64,000 nt of DNA, from contig QOQV01000001.1 of NCBI GenBank assembly GCA_003327435.1, forward strand, positions 399,917 through 463,916, in the 5' to 3' direction. Below are positions 20,879 through 29,472 of the stretch, piece after piece (position 1 is the first letter of the stretch; each line of letters opens with the position of its first letter). The notes under the pieces are model-generated. The model ran no database searches. It had not been told where the DNA came from and saw only the letters and a list, made by a program, of their open reading frames with translations. The position numbers and the translations under genes are program-made. Source of the stretch: Ignavibacteriota bacterium (lineage in GTDB: Bacteria > Bacteroidota > Ignavibacteria > UBA10030 > BY39).

Positions 20879-21808
20879 TTATGATACAACAGCCGGTTCA
20901 AGAAATCTTAAAAAATTTTCAGAAATTTCGACTTTAATTCCATACGGGATAGGTAGTGAAGTTCTGATATGTCCAAATTCAAAATTTTTAACTAATGGTA
21001 TATCACCCAATATATCCTTAAATATTTCATCTAATTTCAAGCTTGGAACATTTTTCTTTTCTATGCAACTTGAAAAATCTCCTAATACAATACATTTGAT
21101 TCTCTTTAAGTTTCCAGATAGTTTTAATTGAGTGAGCATTCTATCAATTCTATATGGTCGTTCATCAATATCTTCCAGAATTAAAATTTTACCTTTTAAT
21201 TCTGGAAAATACTGTGTTCCTATTAGTGATGTTATAATCGATAAATTTCCGCCTATAATTCTACCATAAATTTTTTTATTAAAAGAAAGATGTATGCTTT
21301 TTGTAGAATAAGAAAGAATATTTTCGATCGGAGAATTTGAAGTTAACAATCTCCAGAAAAGTTCTTCAACATTAGGAGCAATTTTTTTAGAAAAATCCGG
21401 TTCAAGCATAGGTCCAGAGAAGGTTAACATTCTACATTTTTTATACAATGCCAGATGAATAGCAGTAATATCGCTATATCCAACAAATATCTTGGGATTT
21501 CTTTTTATTAAATTATAATTTATGTAAGGTAGTATTCTACTCGAACCATAACCACCTCTCAAAACAAAAATTGCTTTTATATTTTTATTGGAAAAAAAAT
21601 CATTTAATTCATTTGCTCTATCAACATCCTTTCCAGCAAGATAACCATAGCGATCAGAAACATGTTTACCCAATACAATACGATAACCTAATTTTTCAAG
21701 ATATTCAATACCACGATTTAAACTTTGTTCGTCTGATGGGGGACTGGCAGGTGCAATAATACCAATTACGTCTCCCCTTTTTAATAATTTAGGCTTCAAT
21801 ATTTCCAT
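20879..21808 (-). CDS. LD-carboxypeptidase (peptidase S66)
   Basis: RGGYG, GYSDIT (Ser), LEDIDE (Glu), FGH (His); ATG start at 21808. Confidence 0.92.
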   Translation of the reverse strand: MEILKPKLLKRGDVIGIIAPASPPSDEQSLNRGIEYLEKLGYRIVLGKHVSDRYGYLAGKDVDRANELNDFFSNKNIKAIFVLRGGYGSSRILPYINYNLIKRNPKIFVGYSDITAIHLALYKKCRMLTFSGPMLEPDFSKKIAPNVEELFWRLLTSNSPIENILSYSTKSIHLSFNKKIYGRIIGGNLSIITSLIGTQYFPELKGKILILEDIDERPYRIDRMLTQLKLSGNLKRIKCIVLGDFSSCIEKKNVPSLKLDEIFKDILGDIPLVKNFEFGHIRTSLPIPYGIKVEISENFLRFLEPAVVS

Positions 21809-21914
21809 TTTCACCAAAATTTTTATTAAACATAAAGAATTTTGATGGGAAAAACAACATTGCGGATTAAATAATATTTTATTAGATTAAACGAAAAAAC
21901 TCTAAGGAGGAAAT

Positions 21915-22799
21915 ATGTTATTTGTTTTTTTTGCCCTTGTTGCTATTATAACATTTATCACCTGGAAAATAGCCAGAAAAAGAGCAGTATTAAGCAGTAC
22001 ACAGAGAAATGCTGCTAATATCTCGATTGTTTTATTTGTGATCTCTCTGATTATAATGATCAGCTCATGTTTCACCGTCATACCAGCAGGTCATGTAGGT
22101 GTTGTGGACTTTTTTGGTTATGTTTCAGAAGGTACATTAAAGGCGGGTGTTAATTTCGTCAATCCTTTAGCCCGTGTAATAAAAATGTCCATTAAAACTC
22201 AAGAGATAAAAGAAAGTATGGATGTACCCTCTAAGGAAGGTTTGACTGTTGGTTTAGAGGCAAGTGTTCTGTTCCATCTCAATCCAGAAAAGGCATCCCA
22301 TGTTTACAAAACTGTTGGTGAAAACTATGTCAGTATAATACTGGAACCGCAATTCAGGTCTGTTACGCGTGGTGTTACAGCAAGTTATGAGGCGAGGGCA
22401 CTTTATACCTCTGAACGCGAAATACTATCTCAACAAATATCTCATTCACTTCAAAATTTAGTTGAACACAGAGGGATTGTAATAGAGTCAGCACCATTAA
22501 GAAGAATTGTTTTACCACCAGGATTAACAGCTGCAATTGAAGAAAAACTTAGAGCCGAGCAGGAAAGTCAAAGGATGGAATGGGTTTTACAAAAAGAAAA
22601 GCAAGAAGCCGAAAGAAAAAGCATTGAAGCAAAAGGAATAGCTGATTTTCAAAGAATTGTTACACAAGGAATAAGCGAACCACTTTTAAGGTGGAAAGGA
22701 ATTGAAGCTACATTAAAAATAGCGGAATCTCAGAATGCAAAAGTTGTAATTATTGGCGCTGGTAAAGACGGCTTACCAATAATACTGGATACGAAATAA
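21915..22799 (+). CDS. SPFH/prohibitin (band 7) membrane protein
   Basis: AAGGAGG RBS, two TMs, IPAGHVGVV, SKEGL, AIEEKLRAEQE coiled coil, GKDGLPII. Confidence 0.92.
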   Translation: MLFVFFALVAIITFITWKIARKRAVLSSTQRNAANISIVLFVISLIIMISSCFTVIPAGHVGVVDFFGYVSEGTLKAGVNFVNPLARVIKMSIKTQEIKESMDVPSKEGLTVGLEASVLFHLNPEKASHVYKTVGENYVSIILEPQFRSVTRGVTASYEARALYTSEREILSQQISHSLQNLVEHRGIVIESAPLRRIVLPPGLTAAIEEKLRAEQESQRMEWVLQKEKQEAERKSIEAKGIADFQRIVTQGISEPLLRWKGIEATLKIAESQNAKVVIIGAGKDGLPIILDTK

Positions 22800-22949
22800 T
22801 TATAAGCCTGTATCAGCTATATAATCGTTGATATCGTACCTCTTATTTTCATCTTTAAAAATAGGAGGTAATGATTTCTTTTTCACGCTGATAATTATTG
22901 GAATTGCAATCAAAGCTGCGATAATTGTTGTAATTGTGAACGTTTTCAT
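22800..22949 (-). CDS. Small 49-aa single-TM protein (MKTFTITTIIAALIAIPIII...DENKRYDINDYIADTGL)
   Basis: Translated by hand (below the ORF-track cutoff). ATG start, hydrophobic N-terminus, KKK stop-transfer and charged tail; stop abuts the convergent SPFH stop. Confidence 0.6.
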   Translation of the reverse strand: MKTFTITTIIAALIAIPIIISVKKKSLPPIFKDENKRYDINDYIADTGL

Positions 22950-22962
22950 AAATTTTTTCATA

Positions 22963-23118
22963 TTAATGTAAACATATTATCATATCTGAATTAAGAAGTT
23001 CAATATATACCGGAACAAAGCAATTTTGAACATATAATTGGTGTTTTAAAATTCGTTGCCACTGCCTCTTTCTTTTAGAAGGCACTGGTGAAAAGTAGTA
23101 TTTTATTCTATTATTCAT
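22963..23118 (-). CDS. Small 51-aa hypothetical protein (MNNRIKYYFS...)
   Basis: AGGAG RBS before ATG at 23118; ends 13 nt before the 49-aa ORF. Confidence 0.4.
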   Translation of the reverse strand: MNNRIKYYFSPVPSKRKRQWQRILKHQLYVQNCFVPVYIELLNSDMIICLH

Positions 23119-23163
23119 ATTATCAACTCCTGCCCTAATAAAATAAAATTCCTCCACATACGA

Positions 23164-23179
23164 TATGACTGCTGTCACA
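23164..23179. promoter_or_regulatory. CRP/FNR-family-like site TATGA-N6-TCACA
   Basis: One mismatch to TGTGA-N6-TCACA, about 45 nt upstream of the two small ORFs. Confidence 0.35.
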
Positions 23180-23192
23180 TATATAAAATAAA

Positions 23193-23218
23193 AATAGCCG
23201 ATTGAAAAATCGGCTATT
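23193..23218 (-). terminator. Intrinsic terminator after the DUF4920 gene
   Basis: AATAGCCGATT/AATCGGCTATT stem followed by a U-tract on the minus strand. Confidence 0.75.
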
Positions 23219-23242
23219 ATAAACATTAGTTAAATTAAATTA

Positions 23243-23764
23243 TTAATGTTCGTGTGATGACCCGCTTTGTATTTTTTGAAGTTGGTCTGGTGTAAACTCG
23301 CTACCACCTTCCATCTCAACACCACTTGCAGTAAATATTAAGATTTTTTGTTTTCCCCTTATTTTCTCAATTTCCGTTTTAGGTTCACCAGCTTCTTCCA
23401 GCCAATGTTTCAAAGTTTCTTCTTTAACTTCCCTTCGTTCTATTTTTCCCTGAATTCTTACTTTCTTTCCCTTTGAATCATAGGGTACGAAAAATTTATA
23501 ATCCTTAAATTCAACCCTCAATTTATCCTTTCCATCTTTTATTTCCATCCAACAACCTTTTGTTTGACATACCGCACCAACATAACCCTCTATTACAACT
23601 TCTCTATTTTTATATTTGCCTGGATTTTTTATTAGATCTCGCATTGGGGTAACTTTTTTGTACTTTATAGATTCACCATATACGACAATATTTTTATCAT
23701 CACTATGAACTGCATCTATAAAAAATAGCGATATCAAACAAATTATAAGAATTTTTTTTATCAT
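23243..23764 (-). CDS. Exported DUF4920-family protein
   Basis: Signal peptide, VCQTKGCWM and FKDYKFFVP motifs. Confidence 0.8.
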   Translation of the reverse strand: MIKKILIICLISLFFIDAVHSDDKNIVVYGESIKYKKVTPMRDLIKNPGKYKNREVVIEGYVGAVCQTKGCWMEIKDGKDKLRVEFKDYKFFVPYDSKGKKVRIQGKIERREVKEETLKHWLEEAGEPKTEIEKIRGKQKILIFTASGVEMEGGSEFTPDQLQKIQSGSSHEH

Positions 23765-23884
23765 ATCTCACCTTTTGTTGATTTATTTTTTATTATAATT
23801 ATTTTCAAAAACATTTTTTAAAAAATATATTCATTCAATTAGAAATATAAGAATAAGATTTTAGATTTCAAATATTAAAATAAA

Positions 23885-23922
23885 AAGTCCAGCAATTGTA
23901 ATTGTATATCATTGCTGGACTT
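23885..23922 (-). terminator. Intrinsic terminator after tRNA-Asp
   Basis: AAGTCCAGCAAT/ATTGCTGGACTT 12-bp stem with a U-tract on the minus strand. Confidence 0.8.
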
Positions 23923-23924
23923 AG

Positions 23925-23998
23925 CGGGGCCGACGAGACTCGAACTCGCAACTTCCGCCGTGACAGGGCGGCGCTCTAACCAGTTGAACTACGACCCC
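23925..23998 (-). tRNA. tRNA-Asp(GTC), CCA not encoded
   Basis: GGGGTCGTAGTTCAACTGGTTAGAGCGCCGCCCTGTCACGGCGGAAGTTGCGAGTTCGAGTCTCGTCGGCCCCG folds as a cloverleaf with anticodon GTC. Confidence 0.97.
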
Positions 23999-24043
23999 AA
24001 AAACCAGCAATAATATACAAATTATTGCATAAACTTCCAAAAA

Positions 24044-25300
24044 TTATTTCTTGTGAGCCCTATGCTTCTCGCGTAACTCTTTAGCTATCGTTTTAATTTC
24101 TGTTAAATCTCTTTGCATCTCACTCCAGCCATACCACAAGGCATAATCAGGATTTGCGTGAAAGGTCCCCTGAAAAGTTCTCATCCTGTGTTCAAGAAAC
24201 ATCACAAACAATTTTTGTTCAATAACTGTCGGAGCATCATGAAAAGTAAGGAGATCTGGAAAATTGTATGCGTAGGATTTAGGTTTCTGTAAAATTCCAT
24301 CCTTATACAGATCAGCTACAATTCGTATTGCTTCTGCCATCAGGCGATCCGCTTCCTTGATAATATTATCACCTTTTTCAAGTTCTGCTTTTGCGAAATT
24401 TACAGAATGACACTGATTACAAGTTTTTATCATTTTATCTCTTTCTTTTTGCCAATCTTCCTGTGTTAAACGAGCGAGGTCAGCAGCCTTAACAACATCC
24501 AAGCGTGCAGTTGGTTTACCTTCAGGATCGAGTACACCAAGTGCCTGTAAAATGGTAGTTCTATCCTGAGCCCATTGCTTATCTTCAGGCATCGGCAATC
24601 GGACTGCGAGGAATCCCCAACCTGCTCGAACTTCATGATTGCCATTTTGCATATGGCAGGTTTGACAGGTGGGTGCAGCAGTATTCTCCGGGAGAATTTT
24701 ATTCTGTTTTAATAAAAATCGGACTCCGTGTTTTGATGCTGAATACATTTCCCACTGTGGATGATCAAATCCCATATGACAGGTTTGACACGCCTGAGGT
24801 TGACGAGCTTCCTGAACTGAGAAAGTATGTCGGGTATGGCAAGCATCGCAGGAGGCGACACCAAAACCAGTACCACTTTTCTTTAAATCTTTTATTTCAT
24901 CTTCTGTTTTCAAACCAATCTTATGACATCCACCGCAACCCTTCATACCTTCCATCATTGCAGATGGTTGATGATGTGCTGTTGGCATTGCTTTCATTGC
25001 TGCCCAACCAAATGCATGTTTACCTTTTTTAAATTGAGTCACCTGCTCTTCATGACATTGTGCACAGGTTTCAGGTGTAGGGATTTGAACATTCGCTATG
25101 TCCTTTTCTGTCTTATGTTGTGAACCGTGACAATCATAACATTCGATTCCGCTCGCACTATGCTTGCTAATTTGCCAATCAGATACTATATTCGGCGTTT
25201 TTAATTTGTGACATGTTACACAATCCTGCGATCTAACAGTTACAAAAAGGAATAATATCATCACTAAAAATGCAAAGACAAGCTTGTTTCCTTGTTTCAT
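24044..25300 (-). CDS. Octaheme cytochrome c of the hydroxylamine oxidoreductase (HAO) family, probably reductive (epsilon-Hao-like)
   Basis: Signal peptide; 8 CxxCH (CVTCH, CYDCH, CAQCH, CGGCH, CDACH, CQTCH x2, CNQCH); CHTRHTFS, GFDHPQ, SKHG, HANPD HAO-family motifs. Confidence 0.85.
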   Translation of the reverse strand: MKQGNKLVFAFLVMILFLFVTVRSQDCVTCHKLKTPNIVSDWQISKHSASGIECYDCHGSQHKTEKDIANVQIPTPETCAQCHEEQVTQFKKGKHAFGWAAMKAMPTAHHQPSAMMEGMKGCGGCHKIGLKTEDEIKDLKKSGTGFGVASCDACHTRHTFSVQEARQPQACQTCHMGFDHPQWEMYSASKHGVRFLLKQNKILPENTAAPTCQTCHMQNGNHEVRAGWGFLAVRLPMPEDKQWAQDRTTILQALGVLDPEGKPTARLDVVKAADLARLTQEDWQKERDKMIKTCNQCHSVNFAKAELEKGDNIIKEADRLMAEAIRIVADLYKDGILQKPKSYAYNFPDLLTFHDAPTVIEQKLFVMFLEHRMRTFQGTFHANPDYALWYGWSEMQRDLTEIKTIAKELREKHRAHKK

Positions 25301-25326
25301 TGTTTTACCCTTTCTTTTATTAATGA

Positions 25327-25848
25327 TTAGATATTTAATTTATTTTTGACATCTATTTTTTGTTCACCAATATTTTCATTTTCAAATTTAACATATTGCT
25401 TGTATAATTCTTCTTGTTCTTCATCCATTATTACTCTATCTGCCATTACAAACAGAATATTATTTTCTTTGTCAATATGTTGATTTAATAAATCGATGTA
25501 TTGAAGTGCATTTTCTTTAAATTTATTTATTGAGCTATCTCCTTCTTCTCTCAATGCTTCAGCCATATTTCGTACAAAACTTCTACCAAGCGTATGTTCT
25601 GACAACATTACAGCAATTGGCCCTGACTCCTTGCTAAAACCTTTACTAACCATTGCCTCAAATAAATATTGTTCTTCTTTACCATGGTGACATTTATCTG
25701 CAAATATTTTAAAGAACTCTACCAAATCCAATAACAAATCTCGATTTATATTTTGCTTATCAATTTGGTTCACCGCGTTAGATAAAATATTTAGAGCCTT
25801 TCTTATCACTTCATGCTCCTGAATTAAATCTTTTGTTGCTAAACCCAT
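25327..25848 (-). CDS. Hemerythrin/HHE-domain di-iron protein
   Basis: EH, HHGKEE, EH..GR, HIDKENNILF ligand pattern; AGGAG RBS. Confidence 0.88.
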   Translation of the reverse strand: MGLATKDLIQEHEVIRKALNILSNAVNQIDKQNINRDLLLDLVEFFKIFADKCHHGKEEQYLFEAMVSKGFSKESGPIAVMLSEHTLGRSFVRNMAEALREEGDSSINKFKENALQYIDLLNQHIDKENNILFVMADRVIMDEEQEELYKQYVKFENENIGEQKIDVKNKLNI

Positions 25849-25889
25849 AATATATCTCCTATTTAATTTTTATATAATTAAAAATCAAT

Positions 25890-27119
25890 TTAATCATTTG
25901 GACCATATTTTGGTACTTTACCACCATTATGTTGATATAATGGTTTATCCAATTCTTTAAATCTTTTTAAATATTCTTCTTTTGAAATATTATTTCTCCA
26001 GTGCCCTGTCAACATTGCAAGCCCTGTAACACCAACAAACACACCAATTATCAATATCCCGAACACCCAATTTGGCACAACTTTGTTGACAAATCGGGTT
26101 TTTACTTCAAGTGTATTTTTTACAGGACATATTTGAACACATTCTAAACACCCGGTACATTCATCGCTAACAACTACTTTTTTATTATGAACTTTTATGC
26201 TATTTGGACATACTTTCGTACAGAGTTCACAATCAATACACGTTTCTGAATTGCGTGAAATTTTCAATGGGCTAAAAAGGCTTAATAAACCAAGAAAAGC
26301 CCCGTATGGACATAAATATCTGCACCAAAAATTCTTTACAAACACAGATAATATGATCAAAACAAAAATAGTCCAAAAAGCAAAGGAAGAAATTTTTGCA
26401 AAGAAATAAAACATCTTTACATCAGCCATTTTGTTATATGGACTATAAATAAAACTTCTCAATGCATCCGTGTCCATCGTCCAGAATATTGCATATAAAA
26501 AGAAAGCAAGTAATAGATATTTCAAAGATCTTAATGGGTAATCTAAAAATCTTGGTAAAATAAAATTGCGACCGAACATTTTTTTACCGAAGTTCCATAA
26601 TGATTCACTAATTAATCCGATTGGACACAACCAGCTGCAGAAACTCTTTTTCAATAAAAAACCAATCATTAGAATAGCAATCAGAATAAATAAGCCAGAA
26701 GGATGAATATCATTAATTATTCCAGTTTTTAACCAGTATTTTAAACTTATCAAGGCACTTATTGGTAAGAAACCCTCCACGCCTGGAGGTCTTTCTATAA
26801 ATAAAGATTTCCCACCAGTTTCTCCCCATTTAACAAATAGGTAAAATTCAATACCAATCCATATCACCAATAAAGCAAAAGAAAACTGGACCAATGTTCG
26901 GAAATATTGTGTATCAAGTTTTAATCGTAGAATGAATTTTTTAATTCTATTTCTTTCTTTTCTATAACCAAGTGAATCTTTTTTTAATTCAGGGGGAATC
27001 TTTTTAATTTGAACTGACTCTTTGAAAAACTTTTCCCTGGCTACTTCCTTATAAGTATTACTTTTGAGAATTTTATCAGTTTGATTATTATTTTTAAGAT
27101 TTTCTTCTTTGAATGTCAT
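25890..27119 (-). CDS. Membrane 4Fe-4S protein (YccM/NapH/MauN-like)
   Basis: VEGFLPI, FCSWLCPIG and WCRYLCPYG (CxxxCP), two CxxCxxCxxxCP ferredoxin motifs, several TMs. Confidence 0.9.
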   Translation of the reverse strand: MTFKEENLKNNNQTDKILKSNTYKEVAREKFFKESVQIKKIPPELKKDSLGYRKERNRIKKFILRLKLDTQYFRTLVQFSFALLVIWIGIEFYLFVKWGETGGKSLFIERPPGVEGFLPISALISLKYWLKTGIINDIHPSGLFILIAILMIGFLLKKSFCSWLCPIGLISESLWNFGKKMFGRNFILPRFLDYPLRSLKYLLLAFFLYAIFWTMDTDALRSFIYSPYNKMADVKMFYFFAKISSFAFWTIFVLIILSVFVKNFWCRYLCPYGAFLGLLSLFSPLKISRNSETCIDCELCTKVCPNSIKVHNKKVVVSDECTGCLECVQICPVKNTLEVKTRFVNKVVPNWVFGILIIGVFVGVTGLAMLTGHWRNNISKEEYLKRFKELDKPLYQHNGGKVPKYGPND

Positions 27120-27172
27120 ATAATTTAGATTATTTTGTTTCTACTTATTATTAATGGACCAAATCTATGCCA

Positions 27173-27194
27173 AATCAGACTATTTTATCTTATT
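27173..27194. promoter_or_regulatory. Candidate Rrf2 operator (AGA-N8-TCT), copy 2
   Basis: AATCAGA-CTATTTTA-TCTTATT has the same geometry and core as the palindrome at 30744-30767. Confidence 0.55.
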
Positions 27195-27210
27195 ATTTTA
27201 TATAAAAAAA

Positions 27211-27636
27211 TCAATATCCGGGCTTTTTTATTTCGTGTGCAAGTTCAAATAATTTCTTACTTTTTATTAATTTAACAAAATCATCTCTTATACTTTTCCA
27301 TTTGTTATGTATTGGGCAGGGACTATCAGCCGAGCAGTCAGGAAAACCCATTACACATTTTGTTCGATAACCATCTCCATCAATTGCCTCAACTACTTCG
27401 AAAATCGAAATCTTATTTACATCTTTAGTTAACTTAAATCCACCTGAAAATCCTTTTTGTGAGATGACAATACCTTTCTGTACCAATTTCTGGAATATTT
27501 TTCCCAAGAAGTGTTGAGGAATATTTATTTGTTGAGCAACATCTTTTATAGAAATCCATGTGTTACGCTCCTGCTTAGCTAAAAATATAAGTGCTTGAAT
27601 TGCGTATTCACATTCTCTACTAAAAATTACACTCAT
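27211..27636 (-). CDS. Rrf2-family transcriptional regulator
   Basis: FSRECEYAI, FLGKIFQKL, SQKGFSGGF, EAIDG, C-x5-C-x5-C-x2-H Fe-S ligand pattern (CVMGFPDCSADSPCPIH). Confidence 0.93.
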   Translation of the reverse strand: MSVIFSRECEYAIQALIFLAKQERNTWISIKDVAQQINIPQHFLGKIFQKLVQKGIVISQKGFSGGFKLTKDVNKISIFEVVEAIDGDGYRTKCVMGFPDCSADSPCPIHNKWKSIRDDFVKLIKSKKLFELAHEIKKPGY

Positions 27637-27827
27637 TTTTTGCCTGTCCTACTTTTTATTAAATAATTTAGTTCCTTAACAAAATTTTCAAAATGGCGCA
27701 TGCACTCATCTTCAGATCTCAATTCTAACATCATAGCTCTATTCTCTTCTATGTATTTTTTTATGTCCTTATCGTCTGGTACACTAATCTTCCTAATGTA
27801 TGCATCAAATGATTCAATTACCGACAT
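27633..27827 (-). CDS. 64-aa hypothetical protein
   Basis: AAAGGA RBS; overlaps the nitrite reductase stop and the Rrf2 start (ATGA), filling the gap exactly. Confidence 0.65.
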   Translation of the reverse strand: MSVIESFDAYIRKISVPDDKDIKKYIEENRAMMLELRSEDECMRHFENFVKELNYLIKSRTGKK

Positions 27828-29451
27828 TTTTCCTTTTTTCTATTTCTGTTTCTAATAATTTAATGGCTTCTTGTGAATAGTCAATAGAAAGCGTAAGGGA
27901 TTTGCGTGCTTGGTCTGGATTATGAAATCCGTCCGAATTCTCTGCAGTCCACCATTCCCAGAGTGTATGTGCATCAGTATGAAATCTACGAGCTTTTTGC
28001 AAAACAGAATCGGGCACACCAAAATCTTTTGCTCTTTGATAGGTATCAATGAGTTTGGCTAACCAATTTTCAGCTTTTCTCATTTTTCCACGAATGTAGT
28101 TTTGTATAGCGTCGATTTGATATTCTGCCTCTTTCTCTGTCCAGTATGTATGACAATTCAAACAAGTTTCTTTTGTCATATAACGAGAACTTTTTTGTCC
28201 GTGCCAAGTATATGTTTTCTTTCCTTTTTTAACAGTTGGCATATGGCAATGTTTACATTCAACTCCAGCCCTTTCGTGCTTGCTTCCCCAGTAAACTTCA
28301 GTTTCAGGATGTTGTATTTTGGATAAAAATGTGCCAGTCGTGGCATGCTTGAAATCTTTGAAATTTAACTCCTCCATTTTTTTATTATAATCAAATACAT
28401 TTACCCACGGAAAAATATTTGTCCTTGGATCTGCTTTGGTAACTTGAGAACTACTTCTTGTATCAATACCTGGATTACAATTATATTCAACATGACATTG
28501 TGCACATAATACATTTGAATCCTTTTTATTCAATAAACCAATCGCACGGAAATCCCGAAACATGATTTTTTTTACTGTAACAGTTTTACTTTTTTCTTTA
28601 TCATAAGGATAAGTACCTTCATTTCTATCTACAATTGCTTCAATTAATGCATCACGAATAACTCGAGGACCGGTACTGTGTGGGTCGTGGCAATGAATGC
28701 ATCCCATAGGTTGATGAGTATTACGAGCCATATCTACCACATTTGATGTCCTAGACCATTTCGCATTTTCTGAAGGCTCACCTTTATATTTCCAGTTCAG
28801 TATATGATCGCTTGTCTTACAACTGAAACATGTCGGATTTGCAGCAATCGCTGTTTGGGATAAAAAGGTCTTCTGCACATTAGAAGTTGATTCCCTATCA
28901 GCTAAAATTTCCCATGCCTTTGCAGGTTTAAGAATATTTTCCCAGCTCTTTAAATAAAATCTTCCACCAAAAGCCCGATCAACAGTAAGGAAATCTATAA
29001 ACATAAAAGCATGACTTCTTGGTTCTGCATGTTCCTTTGTAAATCCATGCGGGGAAAGTAATTTGTCGAATAACGGTGAACGACTTGTTGTTGTGGATTT
29101 TTCAACCTTTGCTTTTGATTCAAGATTTACATGAAAATACGACTCATATTGTTCCCTGTGACATCTTCCGCAATTCGAAATTTCAAGATTCGTTAATGGT
29201 TTTTTATCAGGATCATCGAGATGTTGCTGTAAATAATTATGGCAACTTGTGCAATTTTGTTTAGAATGTTTTTGTCCCTTGTAAAGTTCCTTAATCTCTT
29301 CGTGACACTCAAAACATCCTTCTTCCATAACAGTTGGGTTCTTTAGCTTGGTCGCATTCAAAATATTTTCTTTACTTATAAATTTTTCATTAAATAATAA
29401 TATTAAAATGAAAGGAATAAAGAGAATAATAATTTTCATCTTATTAACCAT
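27814..29451 (-). CDS. Octaheme cytochrome c nitrite reductase (ONR/TvNiR type, ammonia-forming)
   Basis: 7 CxxCH plus catalytic CFSCK; HGFTKEHAEPRSHAFM, CAQCHVEYNC, KIQHPE, WEWWTAENSDGFHNP; signal peptide. Confidence 0.92.
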   Translation of the reverse strand: MVNKMKIIILFIPFILILLFNEKFISKENILNATKLKNPTVMEEGCFECHEEIKELYKGQKHSKQNCTSCHNYLQQHLDDPDKKPLTNLEISNCGRCHREQYESYFHVNLESKAKVEKSTTTSRSPLFDKLLSPHGFTKEHAEPRSHAFMFIDFLTVDRAFGGRFYLKSWENILKPAKAWEILADRESTSNVQKTFLSQTAIAANPTCFSCKTSDHILNWKYKGEPSENAKWSRTSNVVDMARNTHQPMGCIHCHDPHSTGPRVIRDALIEAIVDRNEGTYPYDKEKSKTVTVKKIMFRDFRAIGLLNKKDSNVLCAQCHVEYNCNPGIDTRSSSQVTKADPRTNIFPWVNVFDYNKKMEELNFKDFKHATTGTFLSKIQHPETEVYWGSKHERAGVECKHCHMPTVKKGKKTYTWHGQKSSRYMTKETCLNCHTYWTEKEAEYQIDAIQNYIRGKMRKAENWLAKLIDTYQRAKDFGVPDSVLQKARRFHTDAHTLWEWWTAENSDGFHNPDQARKSLTLSIDYSQEAIKLLETEIEKRKNVGN

Positions 29452-29472
29452 ATTAATATTCCCTCATATAGT

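Noticed and set aside
23119..23226. 5' extension of the 87-aa ORF 22963-23226
   Set aside because: It runs through the DUF4920 terminator hairpin; a better start with an RBS exists at 23118
27156..27173. Sigma54-like TTGGCAT upstream of the YccM-like gene
   Set aside because: The -12 position reads GT, not GC, at GG-N10 spacing
27814..29451. Annotation as canonical pentaheme NrfA
   Set aside because: Three extra N-terminal CxxCH motifs and the VEYNC motif indicate the octaheme class, so no nrfA symbol was given
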